From the NCBI GenBank assembly GCA_017623655.1, contig JAGAON010000001.1:44233-108232 (forward strand): a DNA stretch of 64,000 bases. Direction: 5' to 3'. The notes under the pieces were generated by a model that worked only from the letters and a program-made list of their open reading frames with translations, ran no database searches and was not told the DNA's origin. The translations under genes and the position numbers were made by a program. Numbering within the stretch: position 1 is the stretch's first letter; each line of letters opens with the position of its first letter. Positions 20,754 through 30,366 of the stretch are shown one piece after another. Source of the DNA: Prevotella sp. Lineage in GTDB: Bacteria; Bacteroidota; Bacteroidia; Bacteroidales; Bacteroidaceae.

Positions 20754-21215
20754 ATGCTTACAATCACATCTTATGAAGACTTCGCCCGCTACGAGGGCAA
20801 GGAGCTTGGCACGTCAGACTACATACAGCTGACGCAGGAGCGCATCAACCTTTTCGCCGACGCCACGCTCGATCACCAGTGGATTCACGTAGATACGGAG
20901 AAGGCCAAGACCGAGAGCCAGTTCGGCACGACCATCGCCCACGGCTACCTCACCCTCTCCGTGCTGCCCTATCTGTGGAACCAGATAGTGGAAGTGAAGA
21001 ACGTCAAGATGCTCGTCAACTACGGCATCGAAAAGATGAAGTTCGGCCAGCCCGTCCTTTCAGGGCAGAGCCTCTCCCTCACCACCTCGCTCCACAGCAT
21101 CGCCAACCTCCGTGGCGCGGTAAAGACAGAGGTGAAGTTCACAATGAACGTCAAGGAGACAGGCAAGAAAGCCGTAGAAGGCATCGCCGTCTTCATCTAC
21201 TATTTCAACTCATAG
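20754..21215 (+). CDS. MaoC-family dehydratase
   Basis: FADATLDHQWIHVD and TIAHGYLTLS motifs. Confidence 0.9.
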   Translation: MLTITSYEDFARYEGKELGTSDYIQLTQERINLFADATLDHQWIHVDTEKAKTESQFGTTIAHGYLTLSVLPYLWNQIVEVKNVKMLVNYGIEKMKFGQPVLSGQSLSLTTSLHSIANLRGAVKTEVKFTMNVKETGKKAVEGIAVFIYYFNS

Positions 21216-21699
21216 CCCCCTCACTTTCCCTCCCCCCGGGGAGGGAAGAGAGTGTGCTTGCCCGCCTTGGCATACCGCATCCGCTGCCCGTTTGCCGAGA
21301 TGAAGGTTGCCAATCCGCCGTTGTAGGGACGCACCTTGGTGCGTCCGCTGATACGGAAACGGTGGCAATCCGGACGCACCAACACACGAAAACGGACGCA
21401 CCAAGGTGCGTCCCTACAAGTTACAGCAGTTAAAAAACGTTGCCAATGTCACCGTGACATCGCCTTGGCAGCAGCGGAGCCAAAACAAAACGGTGCCGGT
21501 TACACAGCAATCAGGTGCAAGTCACACGGTAAACAGGTGCTGATTGCATGACAAACTGCACCTGATTACAACGGCGTTCAATTTAGTCTGATTATCAATG
21601 AGTTGAAGCAAAACCTGCGAAAGCCATACATGACAAGAACTAAACACAGCCTCCTTGTTCCCGCATACCTCCTCCCCCCGGGGAGGGCAGGGAAGGGGC
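21214..21699. repeat. Composite repeat: CCCTCCCCCCGGGGAGGG arms enclosing a GTAG REP doublet (21323-21346/21394-21417) and a 22-bp array (~21485-21570)
   Basis: Direct reading of the sequence. Confidence 0.8.
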
Positions 21700-21714
21700 G
21701 TTAACTTACTGACT

Positions 21715-22758
21715 ATGCTCAAAACCCTATTCACCACCCTTTTCCTTGCCCTCACGCTCACGGCGGGAGCGGAAGGCCAGCCCGTCCTGCCCGGTTTCCA
21801 CGCCGATCCGGAAGTGCTCTACTCACACAAGACGGGGCTGTATTACATCTATTCCACCACCGACGGCGTGCCGGGGTGGGGCGGACACTACTTCACCGTC
21901 TTCTCGTCACCCAACCTCCGCGACTGGAAAGACGAGGGGGTGATGCTCGACGTGCGCTCCGAACAGGTGCCGTGGGCTACGGGCAACGCGTGGGCACCCT
22001 GCATCATAGAGCGCAAGCAGGCCGACGGCACATACAAGTACTACTTCTATTTCTCCGCCCACAACCCCGTTTCAAAACGCAAGGAGATAGGCGTGGCCGT
22101 CAGCACAGACCCCACGGGGCCGTTCGTTGAGGCCGGAGCACCCATCGTGACCGACGCCGACAGGCCCAAGTCACGCAAGGGCGGACAGGCGATAGACGTC
22201 GATGTGTTCCAAGACCCGCAGTCAGGCAAGTGCTACCTCTACTGGGGCAACGGCTTCGCGGCCGGCGCGGAACTCAACGACGATATGCTCTCCATAAAGA
22301 AAGAGACCACCGTTGACCTCACCCCCAAGGGCGGAACGCTCGACACATGGGCCTACCGCGAGGCCACATACGTCTTCTACCGCAAGGGCAGGTACTATAT
22401 GCACTGGTCCGTTGACGACACCGGCTCGCCCAACTACCACGTCTGCTACGCCACCGCCACGTCACCACTCGGCCCCTACACCATAGACCCCGACCACTAC
22501 AACGTGATAAGGCAGCTGCCGGAGAAGGAGATTTACGGCACGGCCCACAACAGTGTCCTCCAGATACCCGGCAAGGACAAGTGGTACATCGTCTATCACC
22601 GCATCAACAAAGACTACCTCCACGACCGCGAAAAGGGCGGTCCCGGCGTACACAGGGAGGTCTGCATCGACCGGATGGAGTTCGACAAGCGGGGCAACAT
22701 AATCCCCGTCACGCCGACAACCGCCGGCGTAAAGCCCGTGAAGGCTACCAAGAAATAA
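21715..22758 (+). CDS. Glycoside hydrolase family 43 (secreted; arabinofuranosidase/xylosidase-like)
   Basis: Signal peptide, PVLPGFHADPE, NAWAP, QAIDVDVF, YREAT and GTAHNS motifs. Start taken at MLKTLF (21715). Confidence 0.9.
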   Translation: MLKTLFTTLFLALTLTAGAEGQPVLPGFHADPEVLYSHKTGLYYIYSTTDGVPGWGGHYFTVFSSPNLRDWKDEGVMLDVRSEQVPWATGNAWAPCIIERKQADGTYKYYFYFSAHNPVSKRKEIGVAVSTDPTGPFVEAGAPIVTDADRPKSRKGGQAIDVDVFQDPQSGKCYLYWGNGFAAGAELNDDMLSIKKETTVDLTPKGGTLDTWAYREATYVFYRKGRYYMHWSVDDTGSPNYHVCYATATSPLGPYTIDPDHYNVIRQLPEKEIYGTAHNSVLQIPGKDKWYIVYHRINKDYLHDREKGGPGVHREVCIDRMEFDKRGNIIPVTPTTAGVKPVKATKK

Positions 22759-22832
22759 GTATTTTCACCCGTTTTACAGTGCGGGAAGCCAAATTCCCGC
22801 GTGCTGATACAGCGTATATAAAAGATTTTTCT

Positions 22833-22886
22833 TAACTTTGCATCCGCAGCCCCCGCCATGTTACGGCAGGCTGCGGATGCTTTTTT
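22833..22886 (+). terminator. Terminator-like hairpin overlapping the feoB -7 promoter element
   Basis: TAACTTTG at 22833-22840, stem GCATCCGCAGCC/GGCTGCGGATGC, then TTTTTT. Confidence 0.6.
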
Positions 22887-22905
22887 GTAAACAGACAGCA
22901 CAACC

Positions 22906-25257
22906 ATGACACTCGACGAACTACACATACAGCAATCGGCACGCATCGGCAGCGTGGGCGGCGAAGGCTCCCTGCGCCAGCATTTCCTCGACATGGGCGT
23001 CATTCCCGGCGCCGTCATCACCCTGCGCAAGTTCGCCCCCATGGGCGATCCCATGCAGCTGGAGGTACACGGCTACGCACTTACGCTGCGCAAGGCCGAC
23101 GCGGCACGCATCACCGTCACCCCCCTGACAGCCGAAGAGGCGGCAGCCTTGCAGGCGGAAGAGACGGCGGAAGTGGGGCATACGCCCTCCGACCACCCCG
23201 GACTGGGCGAGGGCGGGCGCTATCATGACACCACACACGAGCGTCCGCTGCCCGACACGACGAAGCTGACATTCGCCCTTGCCGGCAACCAGAACTGCGG
23301 AAAGACCACGCTGTTCAACCAGCTCACCGGCGCAAACCAGCACGTCGGCAACTTCCCCGGCGTCACCGTCGATCGCAAGAGCGGCACGATACGCGGCATA
23401 AGGAACACCGAGGTCACCGACCTGCCGGGCATATACAGCCTCTCCCCCTATACCAGCGAGGAGATAGTGAGCCGTGAGTTCATCCTCAACGAGCGTCCGT
23501 GCGGCATCATCAACATTGTGGATGCCACCAACATCGAGCGTAACCTCTACCTCACCATGCAGCTCATGGAGCTTGACATACCCATGGTGCTCGCCCTTAA
23601 CATGATGGACGAGATGGAGGGCAACGGCGGACACATCCGCATCAACGACATGGAGCGCCTTCTCGGACTGCCCGTCGTGCCCATCTCCGCCGTGAAGAAC
23701 CAAGGCGTTGACGAGCTTGTGCGCCACTGCCTGCACGTGGCCAAGTATCAGGAGACACCCGCCCGCCAGGACTTCTGCTCCCCCGACGAGCACGGAGGGG
23801 CCGTACACCGCTGCCTGCACGCCATCATGCACCTTGTGGAAGACCACGCCCAACGCTCCCGCATACCCCTCCGTTTCGCCGCGGCCAAGCTCGTCGAGGG
23901 CGACGGGAAGGTCATGTCCGCCCTGCAACTCACGCAGAACGAGCTGGAGACAGTGGAGCATATCATACGCCAGATGGAGGAAGAAAGAGGCCTTGACCGC
24001 TCCGCCGCCATGGCGGAGATGCGCTACTCCTTCATCGGCAGGCTCTGCGCCGCCACCGTGAAACGCCCCCGCGAGAGCAGGGAACAGCGCCGTTCCCGCC
24101 GCATCGACAGGGTGCTCACGGGTCACTGGAGCGCGATACCGGCCTTTCTCGCCATCATGGCGCTTGTCTTCTGGCTCACCTTCGACGTCATAGGCGGCAC
24201 CATGCAGGAGTGGCTTGAGGGCGTTATAGAGAGCCTCACGGCCGGTGTGGACGGCATCATGCTGTCATGGCAGGTCGATGCCGCCGTGCGTTCGCTCGTC
24301 GTTGACGGCATTTTCGCCGGTGTAGGGTCGGTGGTCAGCTTCATACCCGTCATCGTCGTGCTCTTCTTCTTCCTCTCCATGCTTGAAGACTCCGGCTACA
24401 TGGCGCGCATAGCCTTCGTCATGGACAAGCTGTTGCGCAAGCTCGGCCTCTCCGGACGCTCCATAGTGCCCCTGCTCATAGGCTTCGGCTGCTCCGTGCC
24501 CAGCGTCATGGCCAGCCGCACCCTGCCCTCCGACCGTGACCGGCGGCTCACCGTCATGCTCACGCCCTTCATGTCCTGCACGGCCAAGCTGCCCATCTAC
24601 GCCTTCTTCTGCGCCGCCTTCTTCCCCGACACGGCCGCATGGGTCATGTGCGGCCTGTACCTGCTTGGCATCGTCATGGGCGTCCTCACCGCCCTCGTGT
24701 TGAAGAACACCTCGTTCAGGGGCGAGGCAGTGCCGTTCGTCATGGAGCTGCCCAACTACCGCCTTCCCGGTTTCCGCACCACCATGCTGCTGCTATGGGA
24801 CAAGGCCGGCGACTTTCTCCGGCGCGCCTTCACCGTCATCTTCATGGCCACGATAGTGATATGGTTTCTGCAATCCTTCTCCTTCCACCTCCGTCTGGTG
24901 GAGAATCAGGCAGACTCCATCCTCGGTCAGGCAGCCTCCGTCATCGCCCCCGTCTTCGCCCCCATCGGCCTTGGCGACTGGCGCATAGCCACCTCCCTCG
25001 TCGGCGGTTTCCTCGCCAAGGAGAGCGTGGTATCGACCTTCTCCGTGCTCTACGGCGAAGGCGCCGCATTGCGCCAAACCCTTACCGTGGCTTCCGCCCT
25101 CTCGCTTCTGGTGTTCAGCCTGCTCTACACCCCCTGTGTGGCCGCCATAGCCGCCATACGCCGCGAGTTGGGCAACAGGGATGCCCTCGCCGTGGTGGTG
25201 GGACAGTGCCTCATAGCATACGCCGCGTCCTTCGTGGTATATGCGATATTCAGCTGA
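22906..25257 (+). CDS. feoB: Ferrous iron transporter, FeoA-FeoB fusion
   Basis: N-terminal FeoA domain (LDMGVIPG..APMGDP), GNQNCGKT, GNFPGVTV, DLPGIYSL, LEDSGYMAR and GFGCSVP motifs. Confidence 0.95.
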   Translation: MTLDELHIQQSARIGSVGGEGSLRQHFLDMGVIPGAVITLRKFAPMGDPMQLEVHGYALTLRKADAARITVTPLTAEEAAALQAEETAEVGHTPSDHPGLGEGGRYHDTTHERPLPDTTKLTFALAGNQNCGKTTLFNQLTGANQHVGNFPGVTVDRKSGTIRGIRNTEVTDLPGIYSLSPYTSEEIVSREFILNERPCGIINIVDATNIERNLYLTMQLMELDIPMVLALNMMDEMEGNGGHIRINDMERLLGLPVVPISAVKNQGVDELVRHCLHVAKYQETPARQDFCSPDEHGGAVHRCLHAIMHLVEDHAQRSRIPLRFAAAKLVEGDGKVMSALQLTQNELETVEHIIRQMEEERGLDRSAAMAEMRYSFIGRLCAATVKRPRESREQRRSRRIDRVLTGHWSAIPAFLAIMALVFWLTFDVIGGTMQEWLEGVIESLTAGVDGIMLSWQVDAAVRSLVVDGIFAGVGSVVSFIPVIVVLFFFLSMLEDSGYMARIAFVMDKLLRKLGLSGRSIVPLLIGFGCSVPSVMASRTLPSDRDRRLTVMLTPFMSCTAKLPIYAFFCAAFFPDTAAWVMCGLYLLGIVMGVLTALVLKNTSFRGEAVPFVMELPNYRLPGFRTTMLLLWDKAGDFLRRAFTVIFMATIVIWFLQSFSFHLRLVENQADSILGQAASVIAPVFAPIGLGDWRIATSLVGGFLAKESVVSTFSVLYGEGAALRQTLTVASALSLLVFSLLYTPCVAAIAAIRRELGNRDALAVVVGQCLIAYAASFVVYAIFS

Positions 25258-25296
25258 AGCCCCGTAATAACGTTATTCTTCAAACACCGTCAGCCT

Positions 25297-25443
25297 ATGA
25301 ACACAGCGTCAGTGATAATACTCGCCATAGTGCTTGCGGCCGCCATAGCCGCCATACGCTATCATGTCCGCACGGGAAGGAAAAAGGGTTGCGGCGGAAG
25401 TTGCGGCGGCTGCCAACTTGACTGCAAGCTGAGGAAACGGTAA
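25297..25443 (+). CDS. FeoB-associated Cys-rich small membrane protein (48 aa)
   Basis: Manual translation: MNTASVIILAIVLAAAIAAIRYHVRTGRKKGCGGSCGGCQLDCKLRKR. It lies directly after feoB. Confidence 0.85.
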   Translation: MNTASVIILAIVLAAAIAAIRYHVRTGRKKGCGGSCGGCQLDCKLRKR

Positions 25444-25444
25444 A

Positions 25445-25598
25445 ATACGGGAGTTATCGGGAGTTATACGGCTGCGCCGTAGGGAGTTATCGGGAGTTAA
25501 CGGACGGATGTGGGGACGCACTGTAAACAAATGTATCGCCCGTTACCTCCCTACGGCGCAGCCGTATGACTCCCGCTAACTCCCCTTAACTCCCGTAT
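25445..25598. repeat. Inverted decamer arrays (GGGAGTTATC / TAACTCCC) forming a long hairpin
   Basis: Left arm 25445-25503 is approximately complementary to right arm 25540-25598, including TACGGCTGCGCCGTAGGGAG. Confidence 0.85.
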
Positions 25599-25636
25599 AT
25601 GGAAATGGCATCACTGCACTACTTTTGTTACCATAA

Positions 25637-25712
25637 GGCAAACGGGTGCTGATTGCGCGGTAAACAGGTGTCTTTTACCGTGTAATCAGCACCCGTTTGC
25701 GGTGCAATCAGC
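25637..25712. repeat. 22-bp tandem array
   Basis: Units such as gtaatcagcacccgtttgcggt. Confidence 0.7.
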
Positions 25713-25733
25713 GTGTGTTTGCGGGAGAGCCTG

Positions 25734-27020
25734 CTATTCGTCTCCGCCGTTTATCTTTTTATACACCATGTCGATGGCGGTGTATTTGCGTTCCTCGGGG
25801 TTGTTCCAGTGCTCCATTATGCCGAGCGGTTCGGTGACGGGCAGTCCGTCGCGCTTATATACCGTGCCGCTTGGAGGGTAGGGGATGGAGGCCGCCTCGT
25901 TCAGATACTCGTCGCAGTAGTTCAGGCTGCGGAACTCCGGCCATTCCCCTATCAGCAGGTCCATGGCCACGGCATCGGCCGCCAGAGCGTCCTGCGAGGC
26001 TATGAGCGAGCACGCCCAGTCGCCGTTGAACGGCGGTTTCCGCCATTTCGGCCGCGGCGCCCCGTTGACGTCGCGGGAGCCGTATGTGCCGTCTATCAGG
26101 AACAGCAGGCACTTCTGCCCCATGTCGGGGTGGGCTATGTAATCCACGAAGGTCTTGTATGCCGGCTTGCCGTTGCGCTTGTCCGGGCTCACGTGGTTGT
26201 GGGCGTTCCTGCGCCATTGCAGGGCTATGTCCGTAGCGCCGTACCAGTTCTTTCCCGTCAGCGTGACACCGGGGCCGGAGTGCGTCTTCAGCAGCGCGCT
26301 GTTGATGATGTAGTCCGCATCGGCAATGCACTTGGCCAGTCCGCGGGCCATCTTACCGTTCTCGGCGGAGTATGTAATCCGCTCCGGGTAATACTCGCAT
26401 TTCAGCCTGCCCTCGCCGCCGATGTTGTCTATGAACGTCACCTCCGGGAACTCACGGTGTATCTTGTCGTGTATGCTGTCGGTGATGGCCCGGCTCGGTT
26501 CGCATACCGTTATGTCGGCCGGCAGCACCCGCCCGTCGTTGACCAGTGAGCGTATCAGGGCGAGCGTGACGAATGGCGACGAGTTCAGCTCTATCGTGTC
26601 GCGGTGCGTTATGGCGTTGTTCATGTTCAGCTTGATGGCTATCTTCTCCCCCTTGCTGTACCCCTTCCGCCCTTTTCCGTGGCGGCTGTTGAAGTAAGAG
26701 AACAGCGTCCGCCATCCCTTCCGTGCGTTGCGCTCCCCCGCCACGGTGGCCACCATCTCGCTAATCATGCGGTCTGCCGTCGCCTGCCGGTTCCATCGGT
26801 CCTCCACCCACAGCCCCGTTGTGCCGTCCCATTGCGCCACTCCCGGCGCGTGAATCCATGCCACACGTCCCGGAACGGCTCCCTGCGCCTTGCCCACAGG
26901 GCGGTTAGGCTCTACGAACAGTTTCGGGCCGCGGGGGCGTGACGGCTGAGCCGAGGCCGCGGATGACAGCAGGCAGAAGGCCATGGCGGCGATGATGTAG
27001 TGTAATGCGTTCTTGGTCAT
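25734..27020 (-). CDS. DUF362-domain exported protein
   Basis: Signal peptide, GEKIAIKLN, ADYIINSALLKTH and GVTLTGKNWYG motifs, typical of DUF362. Confidence 0.75.
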   Translation of the reverse strand: MTKNALHYIIAAMAFCLLSSAASAQPSRPRGPKLFVEPNRPVGKAQGAVPGRVAWIHAPGVAQWDGTTGLWVEDRWNRQATADRMISEMVATVAGERNARKGWRTLFSYFNSRHGKGRKGYSKGEKIAIKLNMNNAITHRDTIELNSSPFVTLALIRSLVNDGRVLPADITVCEPSRAITDSIHDKIHREFPEVTFIDNIGGEGRLKCEYYPERITYSAENGKMARGLAKCIADADYIINSALLKTHSGPGVTLTGKNWYGATDIALQWRRNAHNHVSPDKRNGKPAYKTFVDYIAHPDMGQKCLLFLIDGTYGSRDVNGAPRPKWRKPPFNGDWACSLIASQDALAADAVAMDLLIGEWPEFRSLNYCDEYLNEAASIPYPPSGTVYKRDGLPVTEPLGIMEHWNNPEERKYTAIDMVYKKINGGDE

Positions 27021-27069
27021 TTTGTTTGCAGTTTAAGTCAGTTGTGTAGTGATATGCTTGTTTCTTCGG

Positions 27070-27100
27070 CAAAGTTATACATTTTCTTTGGAACGGCAAA
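27070..27100 (-). promoter_or_regulatory. Sigma-A promoter for the DUF362 gene
   Basis: TTTG-19 nt-TAACTTTG on the minus strand. Confidence 0.65.
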
Positions 27101-27159
27101 GCGGAACGGCGCTGAAAATGCCGTAACGAATGGCGGGACGGACGTTTCCGGGGACGGTG

Positions 27160-28506
27160 TCATGCGCTCATCCTCCGCACCGTGCGGCGGAAGAACAGCA
27201 GGTACAGCACTCCGGAGGCGGTCAGCCCGAAGGGGAATGCCATCCATATCCCCACGAGTCCCATCCCCTCCACTATGCCGAAGAAGTAGCTGAGCGGCAG
27301 CGACACCATGAAGTATGACGTGAAGGCCACGGGGACGAGCGGCCTGACGTTTGACAGTCCGCGCAGTCCGTTGGAGAAGATAATCTGCATTCCGTCGCCG
27401 GCCTGATAGAGCATGAACGGTATCATGGTCACGGCCACCATGCCGCAGACCTCTGCGTTGGATGTGAACAGCAGGCCGATGTCATGCCGTACAAGGAACA
27501 GCGGCACGCATACCGCCACCGCCAGCAGCAGTACCATGTGCATGGCGGCGTATGCGCAGGCTGCCGCCCGGCGCACGTCACGCTGTCCTACCAGCAGGCT
27601 GACGCGCACCGCCGCCGCCGCTCCGATGCCATAATAGACCATGAAGCCCAGCTGGCAGATGGTAAGCATCACCTGATGGGCGGCCAATGCCGTGGTGCCT
27701 ATCCATCCCACCATGACGCTCGACAGGCTGAAGGCGGCCGTCTCCATCCCCATTTGCAGTGCCAGAGGCCATCCAAGGGCGTTGAGCCGGCGGAAGTCGG
27801 CGCGGTTTACCCTTCCTTTTCTGAATCCCTCTGCATACGGCCGGTAACGCTTTGTGAGGAAAAACACCGCCGCCATCGCCGCCATCATGAGCACCCTTGA
27901 CAGCAGGGTGCTGACGCCTGCGCCGAGCAGGCCAAGCTCCGGCAGGCCGAAACGGCCGTAGATGAGCGTCCAGTTGCCGAAGATGTTGAGCACGTTGCCG
28001 GCTATTATCACCCACATCGCCAGCGAGGTGTCCGTTATCCCGTCGGCGAACTGCTTGAAGGCGTTGAACCAACACACGAAGGGCAGCGACGCGAGGAGCA
28101 CGAGGAAGTACGGCTTTATGAGGGGCATCAGCTCCGCCGGCTGTCCCAACCGCTCCACGTTGAGCCACAATGCGGCCATGCCGGCCATGAGCAGCAGGGC
28201 GAGCATCGTGCCGCAGGCAAGGGCGTTCTTCACCACCTCGCCCACACGCTCCTTGCGGCCGGCACCGTACAGCGTGCCGACGGTGGGCGTTACGGCGTAT
28301 GAGAAGCCGAGGGCGAAGATGATGACGAGGTTGAACATATTGTTGACAAAGGCCGCCGCCGCCAGTTCCGGCGTGGAGTGGCGGCCTATCATCAGCGTGT
28401 CGGCGAAGGAAAGGACGATAGTTCCCAGCTGTCCCGCGACTATGGGCGCGCCGAGACGGGTCAGCACGCCGTAGTGGGGAAGGTATGCAGAGAATGAGTA
28501 TTTCAT
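27160..28506 (-). CDS. MATE family efflux transporter
   Basis: About 12 TM segments. Motifs include DTLMIGR, NVLNIFGNWTLIYG..GLPELGLLGAG and ALAAHQ. Confidence 0.92.
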   Translation of the reverse strand: MKYSFSAYLPHYGVLTRLGAPIVAGQLGTIVLSFADTLMIGRHSTPELAAAAFVNNMFNLVIIFALGFSYAVTPTVGTLYGAGRKERVGEVVKNALACGTMLALLLMAGMAALWLNVERLGQPAELMPLIKPYFLVLLASLPFVCWFNAFKQFADGITDTSLAMWVIIAGNVLNIFGNWTLIYGRFGLPELGLLGAGVSTLLSRVLMMAAMAAVFFLTKRYRPYAEGFRKGRVNRADFRRLNALGWPLALQMGMETAAFSLSSVMVGWIGTTALAAHQVMLTICQLGFMVYYGIGAAAAVRVSLLVGQRDVRRAAACAYAAMHMVLLLAVAVCVPLFLVRHDIGLLFTSNAEVCGMVAVTMIPFMLYQAGDGMQIIFSNGLRGLSNVRPLVPVAFTSYFMVSLPLSYFFGIVEGMGLVGIWMAFPFGLTASGVLYLLFFRRTVRRMSA

Positions 28507-28605
28507 GTGTATCGGTTTTGTTCAGAATGCAAAGTTACGAAAAAAATGTCATCTCCGCAAGCCGCCTTCTAACTGTCTGGTAGCCAACGATAACGGAAGA
28601 CGGAT

Positions 28606-28690
28606 GCAATCAGCGGCAGATTATCCCGCAATCAGCACCCTTTTATTGTGCAATCAGCACCTGATTGCACGGTGATCAGCGCCCTTTTGC
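28606..28690. repeat. 22-bp tandem array
   Basis: gcaatcagcacctgattgcacg and neighbouring units. Confidence 0.75.
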
Positions 28691-28758
28691 CGGAGAGGTT
28701 GACGTTACCCTAACCGTTAAAAAAGCCTAACATATTTCCTTGATACGGAAAAACTACT

Positions 28759-28766
28759 TAACTTTG
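28759..28766 (+). promoter_or_regulatory. -7 promoter element of the GH3 gene cluster (the divergent MATE element is at 28530-28537)
   Basis: TAACTTTG. Confidence 0.55.
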
Positions 28767-28795
28767 CAAGTTACAAGAACCATCAGAAGAAAGAA

Positions 28796-30316
28796 ATGGG
28801 CATTACATCGATAGCGAAACTGGCCTTCCGCAAGCGCCAGAAAGAACTCGAAAGACATTTTACGCAGCCGCTGGACTTGCAGAATGATGTGCTGAAAAGG
28901 CTTGTCGGCACTGCCACGGACACCAAGTACGGCCGTGAGCATATCTTCTCGGCGACGAGAAACTATGAGGATTTCCGTTTTAACGTACCTGTAAACACAT
29001 ACGAGGAGCTGAAGGACAGCATCGACATCATGCGTCACGGCAGCAGGGACGTGCTATGGCCGGGCACGGTGAAGTGGTATGCCAAGTCCTCGGGAACCAC
29101 CAACGACAAGTCGAAGTTCATCCCCGTGTCGCACGAGGGGCTGGAACGCATACACTATGCGGGCGGCACCGACGTGGTGGCGTTCTACTTGCAGAACAAT
29201 CCCAAGAGCCGTCTGTTTGACGGCAAGGCGCTGATTCTCGGCGGTTCGCACATACCCAACTATAACGTGGAGGGCTCGCTGGTGGGCGATTTGTCCGCCA
29301 TACTGATAGAGAACATCAACCCTCTGGTCAACCTTGTGCGTGTGCCGGACAAGAAGACGGCGCTCATAAGCGACTTTGAGGTGAAGCGCGACCTTATAGC
29401 AAGGCAGTGCCTGAAGAAGAATGTCACCAACCTGTCGGGCGTACCGTCGTGGATGATGTCCGTCCTTGTGCGTGTCATGGAGCTGTCAGGCAAGCAACAT
29501 CTGGAAGAGGTGTGGCCGAATCTGGAAGTGTTCTTCCACGGCGGCATAGCCTTTACGCCCTACCGTGCGCAGTATGAGCGGCTCATCACCAAGCCCGGCA
29601 TGAACTATATGGAGACGTATAATGCCTCCGAAGGCTTCTTCGGCATACAGAATGACCCGTCGGACGCGTCGATGCTGCTGATGCTTGACTATGACGTGTT
29701 CTACGAGTTTGCGCCGATGGAGGCGATAGACGATGCCGGCAACCTGACGGACGACAGCCTCGTGGTGCCGCTGGAGGGCGTGGAGACAGGCCGGAACTAC
29801 GCCATGATTATCTCCACCTCATGCGGATTGTGGCGCTACATGATAGGCGACACCGTGAGGTTCACCTCGGTCAAGCCGTACAAGTTCGTCATAACGGGCC
29901 GCACGAAGAGCTTTATCAACGCCTTCGGGGAGGAACTTATAGTGGATAACGCGGAGCAGGGACTGCTCTATGCCTGCCGCAAGACGGGGGCGGAGGTGCG
30001 TGAATACACCGCCGCGCCGGTCTTTATGGACAGCGATGCGCGCTGCCGCCACCAGTGGCTGGTGGAGTTTTCCAAGGAGCCGGAGGACTTGGCGGAGTTC
30101 GCAAGACTGCTGGACGGGCGTCTGCAACAGCTCAACAGCGACTATGAGGCAAAGCGTTTCAAGAACATAACGCTCCAGCCGCTGGAACTGGTGAAGGCAA
30201 GGCCGGAGCTGTTCAACGACTGGCTGCGCTCCAAGGGCAAGCTGGGCGGGCAGCACAAGGTGCCGAGGCTGTCCAATTCAAGGAAGCACATAGAGGAGCT
30301 GTTGGAGATGAACTGA
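28796..30316 (+). CDS. GH3 auxin-responsive-promoter family (acyl-acid amido synthetase-like) protein
   Basis: AKSSGTT..KSKFIP, YNASEG, GLWRYMIGD and GGQHKVPRL motifs. Confidence 0.92.
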   Translation: MGITSIAKLAFRKRQKELERHFTQPLDLQNDVLKRLVGTATDTKYGREHIFSATRNYEDFRFNVPVNTYEELKDSIDIMRHGSRDVLWPGTVKWYAKSSGTTNDKSKFIPVSHEGLERIHYAGGTDVVAFYLQNNPKSRLFDGKALILGGSHIPNYNVEGSLVGDLSAILIENINPLVNLVRVPDKKTALISDFEVKRDLIARQCLKKNVTNLSGVPSWMMSVLVRVMELSGKQHLEEVWPNLEVFFHGGIAFTPYRAQYERLITKPGMNYMETYNASEGFFGIQNDPSDASMLLMLDYDVFYEFAPMEAIDDAGNLTDDSLVVPLEGVETGRNYAMIISTSCGLWRYMIGDTVRFTSVKPYKFVITGRTKSFINAFGEELIVDNAEQGLLYACRKTGAEVREYTAAPVFMDSDARCRHQWLVEFSKEPEDLAEFARLLDGRLQQLNSDYEAKRFKNITLQPLELVKARPELFNDWLRSKGKLGGQHKVPRLSNSRKHIEELLEMN

Positions 30317-30366
30317 CACCCCCGCGCGGCGTTTGACGTTTTCCCGTACCCTTTAATAACCGACAG

